Under the pieces are notes generated by a model. The model had not been told where the DNA came from. It saw only the letters and a list, made by a program, of their open reading frames with translations, and did not search any database. A program made the position numbers and the translations under genes. This document shows positions 28,036 through 37,533 of a DNA stretch of 64,000 nucleotides, piece by piece. The stretch is from Thermodesulfobacteriota bacterium (lineage in GTDB: Bacteria > Desulfobacterota > Binatia > Bin18), in assembly GCA_964291405.2 (NCBI GenBank), contig OZ219926.1, forward strand, positions 3,392,001 through 3,456,000, written 5' to 3'. The stretch's first letter is position 1. Each line of letters begins with the position of its first letter.

Positions 28036-28740
28036 ATGGCCGACCAGCGCAGAATCATTCTCCACGGCTCACGGCGCTCACCTTTTGTGGAGAAGGTCTA
28101 TCGGGGCCTCATGCTCAAACGACTGCCGTTTGAGATACATGAGCCACACACGTTTCAGGACCTGCGGCGGCATAATCCCACGACGGGCAAGATGCCGGCG
28201 CTTGAGTTGGATGGGCGGCTGCTCTTTGATTCGACGTTTATCCTGCGTGCGCTTGACACCTACCAGCCGGACCCGCCACTACTGTCGGCCGATCCCCTGA
28301 TTGCCGCGCAACAACGCTTGATTGAGGATTGGGTGGACGAGTCCTTGTATTGGTATGGCATGGCCCTGCGGTGGACGATCCCGGCCAATGCAAAACGCGC
28401 ACTCCAGATTTTTGTGTCTGCGGCACCGCCGCTGTTGCGTCCTCTCATCAGGATCACGGCGCCACGCCTGATGCGGTCACAGGTTCGGGCTCAAGGGACG
28501 GGCCGTCTGCCCGCAGACATACTGGTACGCGAACTCGATGGGCACTTAGCGGCTTTGGTCAAGATGGTTGGGCGGGGTCCCTTCTTCTTTGGCCTGGACC
28601 AGCCTAGTGTTGCCGACCTGGCGGTCTACGGACAATTATTCTTCCTATACGACAAGGCTACACCCGAGGGCCAGGCAGTCGTTGAGAACTATCCCGCGTT
28701 GACCGACCTCTGTCTGCGTTTGGATGTGATGACCGACTAG
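28036..28740 (+). CDS. Glutathione S-transferase family protein
   Basis: SPFVEKV, 'GKMPAL', 'DST.I', 'PSVADLAVYG'. Confidence 0.85.
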   Translation: MADQRRIILHGSRRSPFVEKVYRGLMLKRLPFEIHEPHTFQDLRRHNPTTGKMPALELDGRLLFDSTFILRALDTYQPDPPLLSADPLIAAQQRLIEDWVDESLYWYGMALRWTIPANAKRALQIFVSAAPPLLRPLIRITAPRLMRSQVRAQGTGRLPADILVRELDGHLAALVKMVGRGPFFFGLDQPSVADLAVYGQLFFLYDKATPEGQAVVENYPALTDLCLRLDVMTD

Positions 28741-28805
28741 GGACGGGACGCTTGGGTGAGCCTGTCTGCACTCACCGCTTTGAAGTCCTGTAAGCAAAGG
28801 AAGTT

Positions 28806-29189
28806 TCAGCCCTGGGCTTGCTGCGGGGTGATCTCAAAAGCGAAAGCCTCTTTATACCAGCCGATCCAGCGAAAGATGCGAGCCCGAAAATATTTGCGAA
28901 AGAAGAGCGGAAAAACAGTATTCCGGACCCGTTTCTCCTCCAGCCAGACTGCAATACCTTGGAAGCGGGTCGCACCTATCTGACAGGTGACGGTCGGCGT
29001 CTGTTTCAGGTTCTTGACCCACTGCGAGTTCGAACCTCGACCGGATGAGACATAAATCTTGTTCTGGGTGGCGACAAACCAGATTTTGACTGTGCGTGGT
29101 GTGCCCGTCTTTCGGCCGACGACGGTCAGTTCAAGGAGCGATTTGCGATTAAGGCTGGCAAGGCTATGTGGGTCGTTTACGTCGGTCAT
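28806..29189 (-). CDS. Deazaflavin (F420)-dependent nitroreductase-like split-barrel protein
   Basis: 'LTVVGRKTG.PR', 'W', 'S.WVKNL...P'; start placed at ATG 29189, 10 bp after the purM stop. Confidence 0.75.
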   Translation of the reverse strand: MTDVNDPHSLASLNRKSLLELTVVGRKTGTPRTVKIWFVATQNKIYVSSGRGSNSQWVKNLKQTPTVTCQIGATRFQGIAVWLEEKRVRNTVFPLFFRKYFRARIFRWIGWYKEAFAFEITPQQAQG

Positions 29190-29199
29190 AGCGCCGCCG

Positions 29200-30297
29200 T
29201 CATTCCAGCGGACCGAAACGCCCCGCCGTGCCCTTGAGGTTCCGAGGCTCGATGATGATCGTCCGCTCCGGAGAGGCGACCGTCGTGCCGAGACGCCAAG
29301 CCTGGACGCCATGATCGGCGGCGATCTGTATCACACGCTCAGCCTCCGCCTCAGCAACCACGACGCAGAAGCCAATCCCCATATTGTAGACTTGGTACAT
29401 TTCCGCGTCAGTGATCTGTCCAACATCCTGTAACACCGTGAAGAGCGGCGGCGGCGGCGGAAGGGTATGAATATGATATCCCACTGCGGCCGCGGTCCGA
29501 GTAAGATTGAAGAAGCCGTCCCCAGTGATGTGAATAAGGGCTTTGAGCTGAACGTCAGCCGCAAACATGGCGGTGATTTCTGGAACATAAATATGGGTTG
29601 GTTCCAGCAGTTCTTCTCCGACGGTGCGTCCAAGTTCCTGCAGATAGCTATCGACCTTGAGTCGGGCATCTTTGAACAGCACCTGTCGGGCCAAGGTTAA
29701 GCCGTTACTATGGATGCCGCTGCTGGCAAGCCCGACCAGCGTATCGCCTGGCTCGACCTCTTTGCCGATAATAATACGGTCAAGCGGAACCGTACCGATG
29801 GCGGTCCCGGCGAGGTCCAGCCCGACGCCGTCCCGAACACCGTGAACCATCTCCCTGAGTTGCGCAATTTCTCCACCCGCAATATTGACCCTGGCCTGCT
29901 CTGCTCCACGATGCAGACCCTGACCTAAGGCGTCGAGCACATCCGGCTGTAAGCTCTCGACCGCAACATAATCAACAAACGAGATCGGGGTCGCGCCAAC
30001 GCACAACAAGTCGTTGACGTTCATGGCGATACAGTCAATGCCAACCGTATCGTATTTCCCCAGCAGCTCTGCCACCAGGAGTTTGGTCCCAACCCCATCG
30101 GTGGTAATGCCAATGCCGAGGCTGAGCGCGTCGAGACGAATGATGTTGGCAAAATATCCAAGAGGCAGAGCGGGCCGAGCAGTGGGGTGAAAAGAGAAGG
30201 TTTGTTCGACCCAGGCACGGAGTCGATTTAAGCCCGCTTCGGCCTGTGTGCTATCGACGCCTGAGGCAGCATACCGTGGGTCTCTCACGTGATCCAT
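29200..30297 (-). CDS. purM: Phosphoribosylformylglycinamidine cyclo-ligase (AIR synthase)
   Basis: Y..SGVD, DGVGTK, AMNVND, GGE.A, SSGIHSNG, HITG.G, NMGIG. Confidence 0.93.
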   Translation of the reverse strand: MDHVRDPRYAASGVDSTQAEAGLNRLRAWVEQTFSFHPTARPALPLGYFANIIRLDALSLGIGITTDGVGTKLLVAELLGKYDTVGIDCIAMNVNDLLCVGATPISFVDYVAVESLQPDVLDALGQGLHRGAEQARVNIAGGEIAQLREMVHGVRDGVGLDLAGTAIGTVPLDRIIIGKEVEPGDTLVGLASSGIHSNGLTLARQVLFKDARLKVDSYLQELGRTVGEELLEPTHIYVPEITAMFAADVQLKALIHITGDGFFNLTRTAAAVGYHIHTLPPPPPLFTVLQDVGQITDAEMYQVYNMGIGFCVVVAEAEAERVIQIAADHGVQAWRLGTTVASPERTIIIEPRNLKGTAGRFGPLE

Positions 30298-30417
30298 ATG
30301 CCGCCCCACTCTACCGAATCTCTTATCCGAAGGCAATTGTCTGGCTTTGCCCTTGACTCCATACAGAGCCACGCTCACTATGAAAGAGAGTCTTGCGAGA
30401 CTGTATGTCAGACGCCT

Positions 30418-32295
30418 ATGTATGAAGCCTTTTACGGTTTTCAGGAAAATCCGTTCCGCCTCACCCCAGACCCCCGTTACCTCTTTCTGAGCGCCAATCA
30501 CCAGGAAGCCCTTGGTCATCTCCTATTTGGGGTGAATGAAGGCAATGGCGTGGTGGTCCTGACCGGAGAAATTGGCGCGGGGAAAACGACGCTTCTGCGG
30601 ACCCTGGCAGGCGATCTGGATGCGTCGACAACACTGGCGTATCTCTTTAATCCCGCGCTGTCCGATGTCGAACTCTTGCAAGCGATCAATGCTGACCTGG
30701 GACTATCGGCCGACTCGACGAGCAAAAGAGAGTTAACCGACGAACTCAACCGTTTTCTTCTCGCCCAACAGGCCGCGGGACGACGGGTGGTGGTGATTAT
30801 CGATGAAGCTCAGAATCTGGCAGCATCGGTCTTAGAACAGCTCCGTCTCCTCTCTAACCTTGAGACCGAACGAGAAAAACTGCTGCACATCATTCTTGCC
30901 GGGCAACCAGAGTTGCGCGAAATTCTGGCCCAGCCAGAACTTGCTCAACTCGACCAGCGCGTGACCATACGCTGGCATCTTGAGCCACTGGGCGTAAAAG
31001 AAACCGCAGCCTATGTCCGACACCGCCTCAGCGTTGCCGGAGACGGCCGAGAAGTCCCGCTTTTTTCGCCTGCGGCCCTGCGGCAGGTGTACCGTTTTTC
31101 GCGCGGGATCCCGCGACTCGTCAATATTCTGTGCCACCGTGCGCTATTGGTTGGCTATACTCAAGAAGAATCGTGCATACGGCCAAAGACAATTCGGCAG
31201 GCGATTAGGGAATTGCGTCGTCATACGACTCGTAGCCCGCGCTTTCGCTGGTCACCGGCCACTGCGGCAATCGTACTCGTTGTTGGCGGATTCCTGCTGG
31301 TCTGGGGAAGCTTTGATATTCCTGCAGCGTGGAATCAACTGGATATGTGGGCATCCCGCGAAGATGCACAACGCCCTCCTCTAGCGAACACTTTTTCCGT
31401 ACTGGAAACGCCGCCAGGCGTTTCTCAGGAAGTACAGAAAGGGACGGAAACGCCGCCCTTCACTTTGGAGCCGCGAGTTGGAGACCTTGCCGTTGTAACA
31501 TCCTCCCCTCAGGAATTATTCCACGCGCTCCAGCAGGACGAGACGCTGTCCAGTGCGGTGCGAGCAACACGCGAGCTGATTGCCACGTGGCGGGGGTCGC
31601 CTTTGGAAGAAACTGAGTGGCAGGGCGGGAAACTCGACCTTGCCGCCATTGCCGCCGCTCGTCAGCTTGAGCATCTGCCCGTGCGGAGCGATATTCGCCT
31701 CCTGACCCTGCTGGACCTGCCAGTGATGATCGGTTTGGCCATTCCTCCCTCTCAGCAGATACGCTTTGCTTTGATCCGCCAGATGACAGATACCCACTGC
31801 CGTATCCGGCTTGAGAGAGATTACGTCGTGCCACTCGAAGCGATTACGCAGCGCTGGTTTCGAGAAGCGCACGTCTTTTGGAAAAACTACGAAGAGATCC
31901 GCACAACCCTGGCTATGGGCAGTAGTGGCCCGGCGGTCGGGAAATTACAAACCTTATTGGCCGACGTCCCCACGCCGTCCCATATGGGAACCCTGCTCGT
32001 CCATCAGGCGGAAGAGCCGACGCCGTTTTTTGGGCCACAAACGCAGGACGCGGTAGCGCAATTCCAGAAAATGCAGCGCCTCGTCCCCGACGGGATCGTT
32101 GGGCCACAGACCCTGATTCTCCTGTATCGTCGCCTTCCCGAGTATATGCCGCCGAGTCTGAGTCGAAGAGAGAGGGTGGAGGGTACATTTGCCGTTCAGC
32201 TCCCAACGGGGGTACGGCAAGGAACAGACCTGCCTCTTCGTGGAGAGAGGGCCGAGCCCATTGAGCAACTGGAGCCTATGGGGAAGGATGCATGA
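30418..32295 (+). CDS. ExeA/GspA-like AAA ATPase with TM segment and C-terminal peptidoglycan-binding domain
   Basis: 'MYEAFYGF..NPF..TPDP', GEIGAGKTT, IIDEAQNL, LAGQPEL; C-terminal 'AVAQFQ....LVPDGIVGPQT'. Confidence 0.9.
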   Translation: MYEAFYGFQENPFRLTPDPRYLFLSANHQEALGHLLFGVNEGNGVVVLTGEIGAGKTTLLRTLAGDLDASTTLAYLFNPALSDVELLQAINADLGLSADSTSKRELTDELNRFLLAQQAAGRRVVVIIDEAQNLAASVLEQLRLLSNLETEREKLLHIILAGQPELREILAQPELAQLDQRVTIRWHLEPLGVKETAAYVRHRLSVAGDGREVPLFSPAALRQVYRFSRGIPRLVNILCHRALLVGYTQEESCIRPKTIRQAIRELRRHTTRSPRFRWSPATAAIVLVVGGFLLVWGSFDIPAAWNQLDMWASREDAQRPPLANTFSVLETPPGVSQEVQKGTETPPFTLEPRVGDLAVVTSSPQELFHALQQDETLSSAVRATRELIATWRGSPLEETEWQGGKLDLAAIAAARQLEHLPVRSDIRLLTLLDLPVMIGLAIPPSQQIRFALIRQMTDTHCRIRLERDYVVPLEAITQRWFREAHVFWKNYEEIRTTLAMGSSGPAVGKLQTLLADVPTPSHMGTLLVHQAEEPTPFFGPQTQDAVAQFQKMQRLVPDGIVGPQTLILLYRRLPEYMPPSLSRRERVEGTFAVQLPTGVRQGTDLPLRGERAEPIEQLEPMGKDA

Positions 32296-33206
32296 GCACG
32301 ATCCTTGACGCTCTCAGAAAAATTGAAGGAGAAAGACAAGGGCAGAGCGGCAAGGTCCGGGCCCGCATACTGGTGAGCCCTCCTCGACCTCTCTCTCCTA
32401 CCCCTCCATACCGGTCTCGGCTATGGACAGCTGGTGTGAGTTTTCTTCTAGTGGGATTAATCGTAGGCGTATGGATGACTCGTCAGGAAGAAATCCCTCC
32501 AGAAGAAGGGGAAATGCCTCATCGCCTCTCAAAAGAAGCGGAACACCGCTTTCCGCTACCGGTTGTATCTGAAAATTCTGGAGATCCCGAGAAAACAGCC
32601 TCTGCCGTCACGGGGGGGCAAATCCAAGAAGAACGAAGCAGAATAGGGAGTGTCACTGCCCCCTTTCTGCCTGAGCATCCCCTTGTCCTCTCAGAGCCGC
32701 CGCCTCTCCAGGATTCCCCCTTTGTCTCCTCGCCCCAAGTCGCGTTGCGCACGTCGCTTGTGGACGCCACTCCTCAGGGGTTTTCCGAGCTAACTGGAGA
32801 GAAAGCTGACCAAGTACCTCGAAAGCGTGAAGACAGCGTCCAGCACGTTTCCGAGACGGCAGGTGAAAGGCTTGAGACCACCCTGGAGAGTGGACGCGAG
32901 AAGCAGGATAGGGAGATGGAGCGTTCTGAACAAGAACAGCCGCTTGCGTCAGGGAAGCCGGCAGATATAGCAGAGCCGGACGAACCGGAAGATGTCTATG
33001 CCCCAGCTCCGGCCAATTCAGCGGTCAGCTTTCTTCAGTGGTCACCCGAGTCCGCGCGACGAAAGGCCTTTGTCAGGGTCGGGGGGAGCCCGTTAACCCT
33101 TGTCCACGAAGGCGATGCTATTGGCGGCTATAAGGTCGTCGAAATTCGGCCAGACGCGGTCGCCCTTCGGTCTAGTACGACCCGCTTTCAAATCCGCGTT
33201 CGCTAA
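32292..33206 (+). CDS. ExeB/GspB-like protein
   Basis: 'MSTILDALRK', one TM helix, a Pro/Glu-rich linker, C-terminal 'EGD.I.G.KVVEI.PD.V.L'; ATGA overlap with the exeA-like gene. Confidence 0.8.
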   Translation: MSTILDALRKIEGERQGQSGKVRARILVSPPRPLSPTPPYRSRLWTAGVSFLLVGLIVGVWMTRQEEIPPEEGEMPHRLSKEAEHRFPLPVVSENSGDPEKTASAVTGGQIQEERSRIGSVTAPFLPEHPLVLSEPPPLQDSPFVSSPQVALRTSLVDATPQGFSELTGEKADQVPRKREDSVQHVSETAGERLETTLESGREKQDREMERSEQEQPLASGKPADIAEPDEPEDVYAPAPANSAVSFLQWSPESARRKAFVRVGGSPLTLVHEGDAIGGYKVVEIRPDAVALRSSTTRFQIRVR

Positions 33207-33248
33207 AGCCTTGACGTCTCTCTGTCTGGGACTGACGGAGGGGAAGAA

Positions 33249-33368
33249 TTACGAAGCTGCGGCCTTTCTGACCTTCGCCTCTGCCTTGAGCTCTTTGATG
33301 CGGCGCTTGAGTGCTTTTTCGCGACGTTTGCGGCGTCGACGAATCTCCTGATCTCTTTCTCTATGCAT
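33249..33368 (-). CDS. Small highly basic protein (39 aa), absent from the ORF track
   Basis: MHRERDQEIRRRRKRREKALKRRIKELKAEAKVRKAAAS*; AGGAG RBS 5 nt upstream of the ATG. Confidence 0.7.
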   Translation of the reverse strand: MHRERDQEIRRRRKRREKALKRRIKELKAEAKVRKAAAS

Positions 33369-33594
33369 GGTCTCTCCTGGTCTTCTCTCCGATTGCTCTT
33401 ACGGGTGTTTCCGTAAACTTGAAGCGAACACTATACCCGTCTCAACACGGCCTGAAAACAGGGTTAAACTTTCTCGGTGGGAAAAAGGCGAGCTACTAGA
33501 TGTTGTAGACTATATATTTTTCTGCTACAGGGTATTGTGGGTGGTCTGGGATAATCATACCCGCATCCAAGTGAACGAGTGGGTGGAGTTGGTC

Positions 33595-34296
33595 GTGTCA
33601 CAGGGGGGAACCTCGTTATTTTCTATAAAAGGGCTCAAAGAAGGCCCGACCCTTCTCTTCGATGACCATGCTCCGTTTGCCGATGTAGTTGCAGCGGTTG
33701 AGGAAGAATTAGCGCGGGCGAACGGCTTCTTTCGTGGTTCACCTATTGTACTGCACTTTGGGGATCGTCCCCTGCAAAAAGAAGAATGGTGGCACCTGAA
33801 GGAGACCCTCCACCGAGAAGGGGTGGTGCTACGCTATGTGGTTTCAAACAATGCTGTCAGCAGGAAGATGTTATACAAAGAAGGATTATCCGTCCGGGAG
33901 AGTACACCGCCGCCCCGGAAAGAGAAAACGGATCAAGACACTATTCCGCCCGAAGGACAGCCGGCATCATATCTGCGCCACGGGATGCGGGGCGGACAGA
34001 AAGAAGTTTTTGATGGAGATGTGATCCTGGCTGGTGATGTGAACCAAGGGGCGGAAATCATCGCAGGTGGGGATGTGGTTGTGATAGGAACGCTACGCGG
34101 AGTCGTCCACGCCGGCTATCCCGATAACGACGGGGCTGTGGTTATCGCGCTCAACCTGACGCCGTTACAGCTCAGAATTGGACCCTTGATCGCCATTCCA
34201 GAAGAAGGGCAAAACCACCGCGGTGTACTCCACCCGGAAGTCGCCCGGGTTCTGGATGATCAGATCGTGATTGAACCGTATAACGGGAAGCTATAG
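33595..34296 (+). CDS. minC: Septum site-determining protein MinC
   Basis: 'R.GQ', 'GDVN.GAEIIAGGDVVV.G.LRGVVHAG', 'QLRIG', 'PEVA'; GTG 33595 with a GGAG RBS. Confidence 0.92.
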   Translation: MSQGGTSLFSIKGLKEGPTLLFDDHAPFADVVAAVEEELARANGFFRGSPIVLHFGDRPLQKEEWWHLKETLHREGVVLRYVVSNNAVSRKMLYKEGLSVRESTPPPRKEKTDQDTIPPEGQPASYLRHGMRGGQKEVFDGDVILAGDVNQGAEIIAGGDVVVIGTLRGVVHAGYPDNDGAVVIALNLTPLQLRIGPLIAIPEEGQNHRGVLHPEVARVLDDQIVIEPYNGKL

Positions 34297-34308
34297 GAGA
34301 GGTGAGCC

Positions 34309-35103
34309 ATGAGTGGACGAGCTATCGTCGTTACCTCGGGCAAGGGGGGGGTCGGGAAAACGACCGCGACCGCAAATATCGGCCTGAGTCTTGCCAGCCG
34401 GGGGCAAAAGGTGGTGCTGATTGATGGGGATATCGGGTTGCGCAATCTTGACCTTATTCTGGGAGTCGAAAACCGGGTCGTTTACAATATCGTTGACGTG
34501 GTGAGCGGACGCTGTCAGCCGAGGCAGGCTCTGGTCAAGGACAAGCGGATTTCGAGCCTTTTTCTGATTCCAGCCTCGCAGATTGACCAGAAGGAGGCGA
34601 TTAATGCCGACCAGATGCGGGATTTGTCTGCGCAGTTGAAAGAGGAATTCGATTTTGTCCTCATAGACTGCCCGGCCGGGATTGAGCAGGGGTTCCGAAA
34701 CGCGGTGGCGGCGGCAGATGAGGCGATTGTGGTGACGACACCAGATGTCTCTCCGGTCCGTGATGCAGACCGCGTTATTGGTCTGCTGCAGAGCTCGCTC
34801 GGCGAACCGCAACTCATTATTAATCGTATGTCTATGGCTATGGTAAAGCGGGGGGACATGCTCGACCAACAAGATGTGTTAGACATCTTGGCCGTCCGCC
34901 TCCTTGGGATTGTCCCCGAAGATGAAGCAGTCGTGATTGCCGGTAACAAAGGAGCCCCGGTCGTCCTGAACGGCGGCTCGCCGTCTGGTGATGCCTACGG
35001 GCGTATCGCGCGCAGGATTCTTGGGGAAGACGTTCCGATTCCCGAGCTGAACGGCCACTCTAGTTTCGCCAAGCGGCTCGGCCAATTCATCTTTGGGAGA
35101 TAA
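34309..35103 (+). CDS. minD: Septum site-determining ATPase MinD
   Basis: TSGKGGVGKTT, DIGLRNLD, IDCPAGIE.GF, VRDADR, and a C-terminal amphipathic helix. Confidence 0.96.
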   Translation: MSGRAIVVTSGKGGVGKTTATANIGLSLASRGQKVVLIDGDIGLRNLDLILGVENRVVYNIVDVVSGRCQPRQALVKDKRISSLFLIPASQIDQKEAINADQMRDLSAQLKEEFDFVLIDCPAGIEQGFRNAVAAADEAIVVTTPDVSPVRDADRVIGLLQSSLGEPQLIINRMSMAMVKRGDMLDQQDVLDILAVRLLGIVPEDEAVVIAGNKGAPVVLNGGSPSGDAYGRIARRILGEDVPIPELNGHSSFAKRLGQFIFGR

Positions 35104-35106
35104 GCT

Positions 35107-35394
35107 ATGACATTAACGGAACGCATCCAGCTTTTTTTTGGTAAGGGTGGAAGTGGAAGTAAGGACGCGGCAAAGAATCGTCTCCTCCTGGTTTTACAAG
35201 ACGACCGGCTTGGTTTGACTGGGGAAAAGAAGGAAGCCTTGCGGAAAGACATCCTTGCGGCAATTCGGAAGCATCTCGATATCGACGCGGAGGGCTTCAC
35301 CATGGAGTTTATGTCCAGCTCAGCAGATCAGAAGGAGATGCGGGTCACCGCCCCCGTACAGCTTGGCCGGGGGGCTGTGAATCTCTCAAAATAA
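35107..35394 (+). CDS. minE: Cell division topological specificity factor MinE
   Basis: 'S...AKNRL.LVL..DR', 'LRKDIL..I.KH'; follows minD. Confidence 0.9.
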   Translation: MTLTERIQLFFGKGGSGSKDAAKNRLLLVLQDDRLGLTGEKKEALRKDILAAIRKHLDIDAEGFTMEFMSSSADQKEMRVTAPVQLGRGAVNLSK

Positions 35395-35432
35395 GTACGG
35401 TTAAAAGCCGATTGGAGTAACAGGACGGACTG

Positions 35433-35458
35433 AAAAGGGCGGCGAGAGCCGCCCTTTT
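35433..35458. terminator. Bidirectional intrinsic terminator
   Basis: AAAAGGGCGGC-GAGA-GCCGCCCTTTT between the convergent minE and hslU genes. Confidence 0.85.
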
Positions 35459-35504
35459 TCTTGTGTCTCCTCTTTTCTTCCAGGGAGAGGCGATTCTGTA
35501 ATGT

Positions 35505-36893
35505 CTATAGAATATAGCGGGACAAGTCTTGATCTTTGACAATCGCATCCAGCTTGTCCCGGACATAATTGGCATCAATCGGAAGCTCCCGCCCGCTCAA
35601 TTCTGGAGCGTCAAAGGAGAGGTCCTCGACCAGCCGTTCGACTACCGTATGCAGTCGCCGCGCCCCGATGTTCTCAGTCCGTTCATTCACGGTGGCGGCA
35701 ATCTGGGCAATCTGTTCTACGGCGTCGGTCGTAAAGTTGAGCCTGACGTCTTCTGTATCGAGTAAAGCGACATACTGGGTCAGTAACGCGTTTTTTGGTT
35801 CGGTCAGGATCCGAACAAAGTCTCCGTGCGTCAGAGATTCCAACTCCACACGAATCGGGAAACGCCCCTGAAATTCCGGAATCAGGTCTGAGGGTTTGGC
35901 GGTATGAAATGCGCCCGACGCAACGAAAAGGATGTGGTCGGTACGGACCATGCCATATTTAGTGTTAACGGTGCAGCCTTCGACTAGCGGCAGCAGGTCA
36001 CGCTGAACACCCTGGCGGGAGACATCTGCGCCGTGAGTGTTCTCTCGGCCGGCAATTTTATCGATTTCATCAATAAAGATGATGCCAGTCTGCTCGACCC
36101 GACGAATGGCCTCCTGGACAACCGCGTCCATATCAACCAGCTTATCGGCCTCTTCGACCGTCAGAATCTCGAGCGCTTCTGGGACCTTCACGCGGCGTTT
36201 CTTGGTTTGCTTGGGCATCATATTGGAGAACATCTCTTTGAGCTGATTCTCCATTTCTTCCATACCCTGAGGAGCCATAACTTCGACAAAGGGGGCGGCC
36301 GAGCGGGTAATTTCAAGCTCTACCTCTCGCTCGTCCAGCTTCCCTTCGTGGAGCATGCGGCGCATTTTTTCTCGGGTGCTATGTCTGGCGCTTGCGGCTC
36401 CCTCCTCACTCAGGCTGGACGCGGACGGAGTTGGAGGAAGCAGGAGGTCGAGGAGCTGCTCTTCTGCCTGGGCGTGGGCCTTGACTTGAATCCGTTCCTT
36501 TTCTTCCTGCTTGACCAGGCCGACGGCGAGTTCTGTCAGATCCCGCACCATAGATTCGACATCGCGTCCCACATAGCCGACCTCGGTAAACTTTGAGGCC
36601 TCCACTTTGATAAACGGAGCCTGTGCCAGACGCGCCAAACGACGAGCGATCTCGGTTTTGCCAACCCCGGTCGGACCGATCATTAAAATATTTTTCGGGG
36701 CGATCTCGTCACGCAAATCTTCCGGGACTTGCTGACGTCTCCAGCGATTCCGCAACGCAATCGCAACGGAACGTTTGGCTTTCGCTTGGCCAATAATATA
36801 CCGGTCCAGCTCAGAGACGATTTCTCGCGGGGTCATAACCGGGGGACCCGTGTCTTGAACGAGTACGGGTGCCCCGTCGACGACATCCGTCAT
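35505..36893 (-). CDS. hslU: ATP-dependent protease ATPase subunit HslU
   Basis: [44 protein letters not shown]. Confidence 0.97.
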   Translation of the reverse strand: MTDVVDGAPVLVQDTGPPVMTPREIVSELDRYIIGQAKAKRSVAIALRNRWRRQQVPEDLRDEIAPKNILMIGPTGVGKTEIARRLARLAQAPFIKVEASKFTEVGYVGRDVESMVRDLTELAVGLVKQEEKERIQVKAHAQAEEQLLDLLLPPTPSASSLSEEGAASARHSTREKMRRMLHEGKLDEREVELEITRSAAPFVEVMAPQGMEEMENQLKEMFSNMMPKQTKKRRVKVPEALEILTVEEADKLVDMDAVVQEAIRRVEQTGIIFIDEIDKIAGRENTHGADVSRQGVQRDLLPLVEGCTVNTKYGMVRTDHILFVASGAFHTAKPSDLIPEFQGRFPIRVELESLTHGDFVRILTEPKNALLTQYVALLDTEDVRLNFTTDAVEQIAQIAATVNERTENIGARRLHTVVERLVEDLSFDAPELSGRELPIDANYVRDKLDAIVKDQDLSRYIL

Positions 36894-36894
36894 C

Positions 36895-37431
36895 TTATAG
36901 TTCCTCCACTACAATCTGATCGTTGGTGTATACGCAGATAGCTCCGGCGATGCGCATGGCCTCCTCAACAATCCGGACTGCATCCAGAGGCGTATGGGCG
37001 ACTAATGCGCGGGCCGCTGCCAGGGCATAATTGCCGCCCGACCCGATGGCGAGAACGCCGTCGTCGGGCTCAAGCACATCTCCGCTCCCGGAGATCAGCA
37101 GAGATGACTCATGATCGACGACCGCCATGAGCGCTTCAAGGCGCCGTAAGACCCGGTCCGCACGCCAGTCCCGTGCCAGTTCGACTGCGGCCCGTCGGAG
37201 GTTGCCATTATATTCTTCCAACTTGCCTTCGAATTTTTCGCACAGGGTAATGGCATCCGCCGTCCCGCCCGCAAAGCCCGCCAGAATGCGATCCTTATAT
37301 AAGCGGCGTACTTTCCGCGCGGCGTGCTTGACGACAGTGTCTCCGAGACTGACCTGCCCGTCTCCCGCCATGGCAACCTTGCCGTCACGGCGGACGGTGA
37401 GAATAGTTGTTCCATGCATGGGTGCGCTCAC
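36895..37431 (-). CDS. hslV: ATP-dependent protease peptidase subunit HslV
   Basis: HGTTI, GDGQV, GFAG..AD, IGSGG.YA, ICVYTN. Confidence 0.96.
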   Translation of the reverse strand: MSAPMHGTTILTVRRDGKVAMAGDGQVSLGDTVVKHAARKVRRLYKDRILAGFAGGTADAITLCEKFEGKLEEYNGNLRRAAVELARDWRADRVLRRLEALMAVVDHESSLLISGSGDVLEPDDGVLAIGSGGNYALAAARALVAHTPLDAVRIVEEAMRIAGAICVYTNDQIVVEEL

Positions 37432-37533
37432 CGTATATCCTCCAACCACCGGATACTCATAGCATAGGGTCTTGAATGAACTATTGCAGGCGACGTTATA
37501 GAGGATGCAGGGGGTGAGTCACAAGAGGCCAGC

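Noticed and set aside
29200-30519. Extended, overlapping N-termini of purM and the exeA-like gene given by the ORF track
   Set aside because: Family-typical starts at 30297 and 30418 remove the overlap and leave a normal divergent promoter gap.
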